Assembly: GCA_043228905.1 (NCBI GenBank)
Contig: JBHGNT010000017.1
Span: 15,810,001-15,874,000 of the forward strand
DNA from: Azolla caroliniana
Lineage: Eukaryota > Plantae > Polypodiophyta
DNA: 64,000 nt
Direction of reading: 5' to 3'
The notes under the pieces are model-generated. The model was not told the origin of the DNA. It saw nothing but the letters and a program-made list of their open reading frames with translations, and ran no database searches. The translations under genes and the position numbers were made by a program. Positions 24,656 through 34,885 of this stretch are shown here, one piece after another (positions within the stretch are counted from its first letter, which is position 1; every line of letters starts with the position of its first letter).

Positions 24656-25173
24656 TCCATAAGGACCTATAAATAATTGTCTATACATTCGTTTCAACTC
24701 ATTCGGTTCAACACCAGTCTTTAGCCCTTAGCCTACTCATTGTAATCTTGTTTCATCATAATAATAATAATCTCATTTCTATTTCAAGTCTTATCTCTCT
24801 CACTCTCTCTCTCTCACGCACACACACACACACACACTCTCTCTTTCGCTCTCTCTCACTCTCACTCTCACTCTATCTTCTACCCACGAGTCTCGACAAT
24901 AGAAGATATTTCATTGGCTCGGCTAACATGGGAAGCCAATGCACGTATAGCTGAAGAGACTTCTATATAGGATGATGAAGAAAATGACATTGATGATTTG
25001 ATTGCTATGTAATAGACTCTTTTAAAAACGTGAAATGTATTGTTTGGATTTCACATTATTAATACAAATTTTGTGTTTTACTTGGTGGATTCTATTCTTT
25101 ATAATCTTCTATATGTTTCAATTTTATTTTTATATACTTGGTTAGTAGACTTATGACATTGGTTTCACCACGT

Positions 25174-25738
25174 TGTCGTGAAGATTTCCGGCTACGGTGT
25201 GAAACCGGGGTGGAATGGGCAAGTCGGTGGTGTGCAACATGTGCACATGTATACTAGAAAATGGTGTATAGAAATAAGAGGGGAAATTTTATCCCACATT
25301 GTAAGGTCCCTCCCTCGGGCTATAAAAGGAAGGGAGGGGTCACTTATGAAAGGGTTGCCTAATTTGCATAGGAAAGGTATACCACTTAGTCTAGAGTTCT
25401 TATTGTTCTAGGGTTAGGGTTTCGTCTTCATCTTCATCTTCTTCATTTTCTTCACTTGCTTGTTTGGGTTAGGGTTTCCTATATCGTTGGTTTGGTGCGG
25501 CCTATACGGCTTTGGTTGTAATCGTTTTGTGGACTCTTAATATAGCATGATCGATGTTCTTGTCGTAAGCGGAGTATCTTGCCTCCATCCATCCTATTCT
25601 ATGTTTATGTGACATTCTTCCCCTTCTTCTCTTGGGCTAAGCTCCTATCTCGTGCCTTATTCCTTCTCTTTTACTCCCTAGTCCAAACCCCCGTGGTCCC
25701 GCCTTGGATCCTACACGTACTCGCGGAATATCGCGACA
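25174..25738 (+). mobile_element. Solo LTR of the Trp-primed Gypsy group
   Basis: TGTCGTG...CGCGACA with 4-bp TSD ACGT on both sides, a TATA box, and the U5 motif CCCCGTGGTCCCGCCTT. Confidence 0.9.
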
Positions 25739-26002
25739 ACGTGCATTGCTGACTATCAAATTTATGGAGAAACATGAATTAGTTTAAATTGAGGCTAATT
25801 TTGGTCAAAGTTTACCTTAACATGGTCGTAGAATTGTTGCCATGATTGTCCATGTTGTTATTATGGATCTTTGTCTTCTATTGTTAAAACTATTATGTTT
25901 CTCTTCCATTACTGCTTAGATTGTGTAGTGTGTTGATAATGGTTCCACTAGCGTTATCCACATGTTTTTATACGCTTATAGTTCCACTAGTGTTATCGTT
26001 TG

Positions 26003-26280
26003 GAGTTTGATCCCGTGTGAATCACCTAAACAATAGATTAGATCAATTTTAAATACAAGTATGAAAGCCTTAATAGGTTTGTTATTTCCACCACATCATC
26101 CTTAAGTTCACTGTCTTACATTGTCCACAATTATATACATATGGTTTGATCCCATATGAACAAACTAAGGAATAGATTAGATCAACTTTAAATACAAGTA
26201 TTAAATACTTTAATAAGTTAGTTATTCCAATCACATTATCCTAAAGTGCACTATCCTACATTGTCCACAATTATATACAT
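26003..26280. repeat. ~138-bp imperfect tandem duplication
   Basis: GTTTGATCCC...ATAGATTAGATCAA...CATTGTCCACAATTATATACAT occurs twice. Confidence 0.85.
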
Positions 26281-26599
26281 GCAAGTATGGGTCAAAGTAT
26301 AAATTATAACTCATTTTATTAGTATGGTTACAAGTACACCTCATATTTTTGTAAAACTTACCAAATTAATCTAAGTCTTTAACTTAGTGTTTCCCATGTC
26401 GCACATTAGTGACATATTGAGCCATTGTTGAACTTTATTATGCCTACATTAACTTATCAACATGTCCAAACTTGCATGATTTCTAATGATCTCCGCTCAT
26501 AGACCTATCATTTATTTTTATATTTGCAAATTCTAATCAAGTTGTGGAACATGTGATACTAGTGCATCCAATTTTTGTAGAGAGGGTGTATTTGGATAG

Positions 26600-27200
26600 T
26601 TTCAAGAAGATTCTACAAGTGGAATGCGCAATCCTTCCACTTGTGAACGCAAACATGTTTTTGGTGAACCCGACGTGAAACAAGGCGGTAGGAGGATATC
26701 AAGTGCGATGATGGCTTCGACAAGAGGAATTCAAGGAGAGGAATTGACGAAAGGCATGGTGTCCATTGTGGAATACATGCTGAAGGCGAGGAATCGAGAG
26801 GCTTTAATCGACAAAGCTATTGATCGAACGATGGAGATAGCTGGACGATTTGGTGGCAAGAACATCACGGATTTCCTTGCTACCTATCGGAACGAGATGC
26901 AGCAGAGGGATATCAATGATCTCAAACAAATTTCTAGCTTTAAATGTGTGGTGGATCAAGGGATTTGTGAGCGTATCATGGAGATCCAAAACGAGCACAC
27001 AACTTGGGAAGAGTTCGAAAAGGCACTTCTTGCTGAATACATGCTTGAAGATGTGTCAAGGATGACTCGACATACACTAATGATTTGGATCAAGAAGAAA
27101 GGGAAGAATCTATGTGCATCGGGAGTATATGTAGAATTCGACCAAAAGTACAACCGACTTCCAAGTGTTGATCAACGAGTTGTTGATGGAGATAGATTAA
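26600..27200 (+). mobile_element. Fragment of the Trp-primed Gypsy group: LTR end, PBS and gag N-terminus
   Basis: PBS TGGTGAACCCGACGTGA (~26662), complementary to the tRNA-Trp 3' end. gag RFGGKNITDFLATY is homologous to the gag at 35571. Confidence 0.85.
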
Positions 27201-27339
27201 TCTATTACTCTATTAATCTCCGTAAGCTAAAACTTCTAGAATCCCAATTTTGGGATAGATTGTAACTTGCTTTTTCTTTGCTGATGAAAATGATCAAAAT
27301 TTGTCATTTAGATTAATACTTAAAACGTAAACATACGAA

Positions 27340-28132
27340 TCTGGTATCCTCTAGTCGGAGACCCCGGGGTCTTGCCTCAAGTTCATGTGTCTTCGTCGTA
27401 TTTTCGTGACACTGTCTGACTCCTTAGGTGCCTTTGTTTGCTACGACCTTCGTCCCCTCGCCGTCACTTTCCGTCTCCTCGGTCTTATGTTGTTCCACAA
27501 TTACTGAAGTCTCTAGATCAGGTGTGGAGAATTCCTCTCGGGCCTTCCCTTCGTGGCCATCGACCCTGCTCAATCCCTTCTTTGTGTTCACCGGTCTTTG
27601 CTTTTTCGACCCTCGACTGGGTTGGTCCAACTCCTGTCTAGCTCGATTATCCTAAACTCGGCATTCTCCGCTCTTGTCTGGCCTTATTTTTGGCTAGGCT
27701 CGGCTCGGTCTCGATTGAACGATCCTTGCCTAGATCGCACTCCACCCAAGTCAAAATGCCAACCAGATCGACTCCCGGTCAAACCGACTTCTGACTCGGC
27801 TCCCCTCGACGCCGCCCCTTGCAACTTTGTCCTATCCTACAGCGGCTCTGTCCTTGGCCTCCTCATAGGACACTTCCCATCCGTCCTCGCTGGCATCATG
27901 CCAATTCTCCTCGCTGCCACCGTCCATCTCTCCGGTCTCACGTCGGTTCACGGGCCCGACTGCCGAAGTCTCTGGTATCGGTGCGGAGGGTTCGTCACCG
28001 CCTTCGTTGGCATTGTGCTAGGTCTCCTTTTCTGGGTCGACTTTCGGCTGCTCGGATTCGGTCGAAAAGTGCCCACAGAACTCGTCTTAGTTGAGTCGTT
28101 CTTCCCCCGAATCGGGTTCAATGGTTTGTTGT
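27340..28132 (-). mobile_element. Fragment of a minus-strand Gypsy 3' region and LTR start (TG at 27411)
   Basis: Reverse complement reads TGTCACGAAAATACG. The adjacent purine-rich CCGA-repeat sequence resembles 62-970. Confidence 0.5.
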
Positions 28133-28322
28133 TGTAAAAGAATATGTGCGGAAGCTTAACAGACAAAAGACAAGAGACAAGGAAGGTTTAATGGAAAGCT
28201 TAATCAACACAACGTACGCGAGAGAGACAAAGAGAGCAGAACTCTGCACATAGGATGTGCTCAGTAAGCACTTTTATACAAGTCCATACGGACTGATAGA
28301 AGTACTAACTCGTACTTCAATG
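28133..28322 (-). mobile_element. Truncated Copia LTR related to the LTRs of 28633-34211
   Basis: Shares GTGCGGAAGC, GGTTTAATGGAAAGCTT and GAAGTACT...GTACTTCAAT. Confidence 0.75.
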
Positions 28323-28632
28323 TGTTAGGAAATCGGTCCCTCTGGATGGGATTCGATTATGAATGAAGAGGACCCGGTGAGAACCGGAAGAGAAGACATA
28401 TTTGTAAATATGTTTTGAGTAAGCTTATTGAGGCTATATTTGTAAATAGCCCTAAGTTCATATAAGTATAAATATGTCTTAGGGCAAACATTGTTAAGTA
28501 TATGAGAGAGTGTTGTCATATTGTTGTACAGAGAGAGAGAGAGAGAGAGATACAGAGTGATACTTTGTTGAAATTGTCGTCTGGCGTAGATACAGAGCTT
28601 GAGGTCATTGCCTTTGAGTCTCTGTTTGTACC

Positions 28633-31600
28633 TGTAGAAAGTAGCGTGCGGAAGCAAGTATATAGACAGAACAGAAGGAAGAACACTCAGGTTTAATGGA
28701 AAGCTTGAGCTTACACAGTATACGCGGGAGAGACCGAGAGAGTGAGAGAGAAGACACCCAAAAGAGAATGTGTGTATATTTCTATATATGAAAAAAAACA
28801 ACCAACATATATGTGTTCAATGAACACTTCGTACAAGTCCTAGGAGGACTGACCGAAGTACTGACGGTACTTCAATGCTCATTAAGAGCTCTTACACTAA
28901 CTCCCAAATATATTCCTCACAGAATATCTTTCCTAACGGCCTAACCGATCGGTCCCAACCGATCCGGTCCTCGGCTTCTTCAGCCGATCCGGCCGATGTT
29001 GAGCTTGTCTCTCAACACTCCCCCTAAAGCTCAACTTGAGGCTCTTCGGGATCTTCACAACTCCGGTTCCTCCTGGCTTCACGCCTCGCTCGCGCTCCTC
29101 GGCCTATTCGACTCCGTGCACTTCGACCCTTCCGGTCGGCTTGTCTGCTCATGTGGCCCTTATCAACTCTTCTGTTGTTGCGGTGTCGACACTTCTTCTG
29201 CTGCCTTTTCTTCCGCTTGGGCCTCGGTTGATTCAACGTGTCTGAATCAAACATCCGAACCGACTCGGCTACCTCCAATCGGTTTTTGCTCTTGTCCGAG
29301 TTGGCTGTCTCCAACTTCTGTCCGCTTCCGGAATTTTCCGCGGGTCCGCCCTCGGCTTCTTCAGCCGATTCGAAGTCGAACTTGTCAACCGACTCGGTGT
29401 CGCGGTCTCCGCTCCTTTCCTGTTGCCTTGCTTGGTCGTTCGGGACTGTTCTCCCCCTCAAGTTCGGCACATCGAGGTGACGCAACCCGAGCGCACCTGA
29501 GAATTGCCGCAACTTGTCCAGACCAAGAGGCTTTGTGAAGATGTCGGCAGTCTGCCGATCCGTCGGCATGTACTGAAGTTCGACTTCACCGGAAAGGACA
29601 CGCTCACGGACGAAATGGTAGTGCACCTCAATGTGCTTGGTCCGTGCGTGGAAAACGGGGTTCTTCGCGAGCTGGATGCTGTTGAGGTTGTCGTAGTAGA
29701 TCGTCGTCGGATCTGACACTTCCACTTGCAGGTCCTTAAGTAGCCGCTTCAACCATATGGCTTCGCATGTCGCGATAGCCGCTCCTCGGTACTCAGCTTC
29801 GGTGCTTGACAGTGCAACTGTCCGCTGCTTCTTACTGCTCCATGCGATCGCGGCACTCCCGAGGGAGAACGCGTATCCGGACGTGGATCGGCGATCGGCG
29901 GCGTTGCCAGCCCAATCAGCATCGGTGTAGCCGACTAGCTGCGCGGCTGCACCAGTCTGATATAGCAGTCCTCGGTCCTTAGTGCCACTTACGTACCACA
30001 GTACGCGTTGCGCACACTGAAGGTGCTCCTCGGTAGGTCGCTCCATGAACTGACTGATCACCCCGACCGGATAACTGAGGTCGGGTCGGGTGATGGTCAA
30101 GTATATGAGGCTTCCGACAATTTGTCGGAACCTCGTCGGGTCGCATACCTCTCCCGTATCGGGACGAAGCTTGATGGTTCTGTCCAGAGGAGTCGAGACG
30201 GACTTACAGTCGGCCATCCCGAGTTTGAAGAGCATACCCAGCACGTAATGACGTTGGCTGATCAATATGCCTTCGGGGGTACGGATCACTTCGATCCCGA
30301 GGAAGTAATGAAGGTCCCCCAGATCCTTCATGTCGAACGATGCCGCAAGCTGGAGCTTCACGCGGTTGATTTCGCCTAGGTCGGCGCCGGCGATGACCAA
30401 GTCATCGACATATAGTAGAATACTAACCGGTCCGAGTCGACCTTTCCGGATGAACAGGGAAGAGTCTGATTTTGACGTGACGAAGCCCATCCGACGCAGT
30501 TGTTGCGTGATCTTCACATTCCAGGCACGCGAGGCTTGCTTCAGTCCGTAAAGGGACTTCTTCAGTCGGCATACTGCCGAGGAGTTCGTTCCGGAGGGAA
30601 ATCTGGGGGGCTGTACCATGTACACTTGTTCCTCAAGGTCACCTTGCAGGAACACATTTTTTACATCCATTTGATGTAGGTGCCACCCCTTGGCCGCGGC
30701 TACTGCGAGCAAAACACGGACGGTCGTCATTTTCGCGACCGGCGCAAATGTCTCAGCGTAGTCGATGTCGTGTTTCTGCGCGTAGCCCTTTGCCACTAGC
30801 CGAGCCTTGTACCGGTTGACCGAGCCATCGGTGTTGTACTTGACTTTGTACACCCACCTACACCCGATCGGTTTTACCCCTGTTGGTGCGTCAACCAGGT
30901 CCCAGGTCTCGTTCTCCGCCAATGCGTGCATCTCTTCCTCCATCGCGGCACGCCAATTCGCGTCTTTAGCCGCTTCTGTGTAGCTCTCCGGCTCACGCAC
31001 TTTCGCTACACGGGTCATGTACGCATAATGATGCGCCATGTACTCGTTGTATCCGAACCGCAAAACAGGATTCTTCTGGCGGGTAGATCGGCGTAATCTC
31101 GCATTAGCCGATGTCGAGGCCTTCTCGATCGACGCGGACTTCACTTTTAAAGACCCGTCACCGGTTCCCTCGGAGTCGGACTCGCGTCGGTCTGACTCGT
31201 TCCTATCCGTGCCGGAATCCGACACCTTCTTCTTCCCTTTCTCTTTGCGTGTAAACCGTCTCCTCGGCTTCCTGCGTGGGGAATGCACGGCCGATTCTCC
31301 ACTACTCGCCGACTCTTTATCGGACTGGTCGTACCGACTCAGTCGTCCAATCGGTCCACTTAACCGGAGTGAAATCGGACTCTCTTCGCGGGTCTCGATT
31401 TCGGGCTCATCCGGAGGCATCTCGGCCTCGCTGACCTCATCGTCAAAGCTCGGATTGGAGTTAGGGTTCGTAGTCGGGGGCAGGTACCAGGACGCGGACT
31501 CGTCAAACACAACGTCGCGGCTGACACGCGCTTGTTTGGTGCGAGGGTTACAGCACTTATAACCCTTCTGCTCGTCCGAATAACCAACCAAGATGCATTT

Positions 31601-34211
31601 CTCGGCCTTTGCGTCCAGCTTCCTCCTTTTCTCCTTCGGTATATGCACATATGCAATGCTACCGAACACCCTCAAGTGTCGTAAGTTCGGCTTCGTTCCG
31701 AAGTATAGCTCGTGTGCTGACACCTTGTCTCCGATCCGGTTCTGGATGTATACCGCGGTCCTTACCGCCTCGTCCCAGTAGAACTTGGGCAAGCTCTTCT
31801 CCTCCAACATTGCCCGTGCCGCTTCCACAACTGACCGATTCTTTCTCTCGGCCACGCCGTTCTGCTCCGGCGTGTATCTACAACTGAATTTGCAGCGAAT
31901 TCCCATTTGTTGTAGGTAACCGTTGAATTGACCAGAAAAGTACTCTTTCCTGCCATCCGACCGCAGGCACTTGATCTTTCGTCCCGTTTCCGTTTCCACG
32001 AACCCTTTGAGGTCCCGGAAACAGTCGAAGACTTCGCTCTTCCTCTCAATGAGGTAGATCCACGTGTGCCGCGTGTGGTCGTCGATGAAGGAGACGAAAT
32101 ATCGGCTCCCGCTAAGACTAACGTTTTGTGCCGGCCCCCATACATCGGAGTGTATAAGGTCGAGCTTGTTCCGGCTCCGGTTTCGCTCGTTTGGGAAAGG
32201 AAGTCGGTGTTGCTTCCCAAGCTGGCAAGCTTCACAAATTTGTGCCTTTCGGCCACTAAATTTGGGCAATCCGAACACTACCTGTTTCGATTGCAGATCT
32301 TGAAGTTGTTGGTGGTTGACGTGGCCTATCCGCTTGTGCCACAAGTCGATGTCTGACTCGGTTTTTTGTCCCTTCGCGAACATTGTGGTGCCGTCGTCAG
32401 TGGAGTCGAGGATGAACATCCTCCCGCCTCTGCGCCCTTGCGCAATCACGCGGCCTTCTTCCTCAATGAAGCACCCGAGGTGTGTAAACCGAACCTCCAT
32501 CCCTTGGTCGACGATCTGTCCGACCGAGACCAAGTTTTTCGTGATTGTCGGAACGTGCAGCACGTTCATGAGTTTCCCTTTCTGCCCGACATGGTTAAGG
32601 GGAACTTCTCCGACATTCGCGATCGGATGCGGAGTGTTGTCTCCTGTTGTGACTACTCCAGGTTGTATCGGTTTTTCAAAGTACGAGAACCACTCCTTAT
32701 GGCTCGTCATGTGGTTTGATGCGCCGGAGTCTACGTACCACACCTAGTCCGATCTCAGGGTGCTCTGTTTCATTGAGTTTGCTTCGTGTCTCGTCACGAA
32801 GGCAAACCCTTCTCCGGCTCTCCTGGAGTCTTCAGCGTAGTGCGATCGCTGTCGATTTCCCTTGTCGGTATGTCTGGAGCCGTTTCCGGAACCGGTTCTC
32901 TCCGAATCGGCGCGCTTCTTCCAGCACTCACTTTCCCTGTGGCCTTTCTTGCCACAGTACCAGCACTCCGCGATGGCCTTCCCTTGCCAGTTCTCATCGC
33001 TTCGACTCCCCCTGTTTCCGGAGGGTCCGGAGTTGTTGTTGGCATCAGTTTGGTGCCTTCTTCCTTGATCTCGTCGGCCGCCTCCATTGCGCGCCGACTC
33101 GCCTCGTCCTCCACGTCCACGAGGCCTATCTCCCTCCGTGTACAGCATTCTGCTGTCGGTGTGCGTGCTTGTAGACGCACCCGCGTGGTTCTCCTCTACC
33201 AGGAGCACTAACTGTAAGTCAGAAAAGGACGGCATATTCTCCAGAGTACACACATCTGTTCGGAACGCTCCGAACTTCGACGCCAAACCTCCGAGACAGA
33301 TCTGGACCATCTCGCTCTCCTCGATGTTCACCTCTATGGAGGCGAGGGAGTCGCAGATATCCTTGATCTTCGAGGTATAGTCCGCCACCGACAAGTCGCG
33401 TTGTCGTAGGTTGCTCAACTCCTGGATGTGGTGCTCGCGGCGAAGCTTCCTGGATGTGGTGCTCGCGGCGAAAATCTTCTTCAGATTTTCCCACGCACCC
33501 TTCGGCGTCTTTGCATCCCGAACATAGCTCAATAGCTGTTCGCCCACACACGACGCGAAGCAGTATAATACCCTGCTCGCCGATTGCTCCCATGACGGGA
33601 AGTCTCTGTGTGTCGATTCGGGTGCCGCGTCATTGGCTCCTTCGACATAACTCCAGTAGTCGTGCCCGAGCAGGTACTAGTGCATCTTGTAGGACCAAGA
33701 CACGTAGTTGGTTCTGTCGAGCTTCTCTGTTGGAAGCGAGCTCGCCATGCCTCTATCCATCGTTCTTCTTCGTCAAGTTGTGTCGGCTGCAGAGAGGTTC
33801 TCAACCCTCGCGCTCTGATACCATGTAGAAAGTAGCGTGCGGAAGCAAGTATATAGACAAAACAAAAGGAAGAACACTCAAGTTTAGTGGAAAGCTTAAG
33901 CTTACACAGTATACACGGGAGAGACCGAGAGAGTGAGAGAGAAGACACCCAAAAGAGAATGTGTATATATTTCTATATATGAAAAAAAACAACAACCAAC
34001 ATATATGTGTTCAATGAACACTTTGTACAAGTCCTAGGAGGACTGACCGAAGTACTGATGGTACTTCAATGCTCATTAAGAGCTCTTACACTAACTCCCA
34101 AATATATTCCTCACGGAATAGCTTTCCTAACGGCCTAACCGATCGGTCCCAACCGATCCGGTCCTCAGCTTCTTCAGCCGATCCGGCCAATGTTGAGCTT
34201 GTCTCTCAACA
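28633..34211 (-). mobile_element. Full-length Ty1/Copia element B; LTRs 28633-29017 and 33824-34211
   Basis: TSD GTACC (28628-28632 / 34212-34216). PBS iMet 33812-33823; PPT 29018-29029. The LTRs differ at several percent of sites. Confidence 0.96.
29024..33748 (-). pseudogene. Copia gag-pol (gag, CCHC, protease, integrase, RT, RNase H, charged C-terminal tail) with a few stops or frameshifts
   Basis: CWYCGKKGHRESEC, WYVDSGAS, HSDVWGP, LLYVDDL, YTDADWAG, ARTKHIEVHYHF. Confidence 0.93.
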
Positions 34212-34885
34212 GTACCTTTCCTATATAGTGATAGTTTGGAGTATGTGGGCTCCCGTGGTTTTTCCCTATTAGGGTTTTCCACATAAACATCATGTGTATC
34301 CTCTATTGTCTATGTGTTTACGTGTGTTCACTCCCTACTTCCCATTTCTATGATTCAAGACTCGGTTGTGGCCGAGCAATACTTCCGCGCTATTTCTTGT
34401 CAAACTGGTATCAGAGCGAACAACACAGGAAATGGAGGAATCTCTCAGCGGCATGTTCAAGTCGAAGATGAGGGATATGTTGGTGGTTAAAGATCTTTGG
34501 TTGCCAGTACAGTTCGGGGACAAGAGGCTGGATAAGATCGACGCCACAATGTGGGAGGTGATGCACATGAAGACAACGACATACATTCGGTGCTTCATCA
34601 ACATGAGCTTGTACAACAACTTCAATGAAGAGAGCAAGGCTCATGAACTCTGGGAGAAGATCGACATCATGTTCCAAAACAAGAATGTCATGAATCAAGT
34701 TTCAGTATTCCGAAAGCTTGTGAGGCTCCAATACCAGGACGGCTCAAGTATGGCGGAGCACATGAATGCCTTCCAAGGGCTAATACACCAAGCAACCTCG
34801 TTGGAAGTACCCCTCGCCGATGAGGTATTCACATTGCTCCTGCTCGGTTCCCTCCCGGATAGCTAGGAGACGTTAGTTGTCACGT

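Larger units (their letters stand above)
22792..24898 (+). mobile_element. Internally deleted Tcn1/Maggy-like chromovirus (truncated 5' LTR 22792-~22997, PR-RT fragment, integrase end + chromodomain, 3' LTR 24419-24898)
   Basis: TSD ATAGA (22787-22791 / 24899-24903). Chromodomain EYEVVAILDSK...YLVDWLGY..TWEP. PPT AAAGGGGGGGATAA. Confidence 0.93.
6516..25012 (+). pseudogene. Spliced gene for a ParB/Srx-like domain + beta-class N6-adenine/N4-cytosine DNA methyltransferase fusion (~950 aa), broken by 3 LTR elements, a 358-bp duplication and in-frame stops
   Basis: Coding segments 6792-7122 | 14155-15819 | 15896-16034 | 16118-16170 | 21721-22074 | 22163-22452 | 22548-22791 | 24904-25012 join in frame across TSDs and GT-AG introns; the last acceptor is mutated to GG. 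ParB-like motifs: YFVIGGSHSAETRRQL and LTTEEAKLLAWDHNNDNDYRQKMSSIE. MTase motifs: LMIADIPYG, W-IK, NPYQKP, GDWILDLFFGTGTT, RNIVALEKD. The exons upstream of 6792 (ATG 6516) are tentative. Confidence 0.88.

Noticed and set aside
27553-28137. Hydrophobic 194-aa ORF as an env-like membrane protein
   Set aside because: Its composition is explained by the pyrimidine-rich antisense strand of a repetitive tract; there is no recognisable motif or second copy to support it.
29036-33380. Many overlapping antisense ORFs over Copia and Gypsy pol regions
   Set aside because: Expected shadow ORFs of GC-rich coding sequence.
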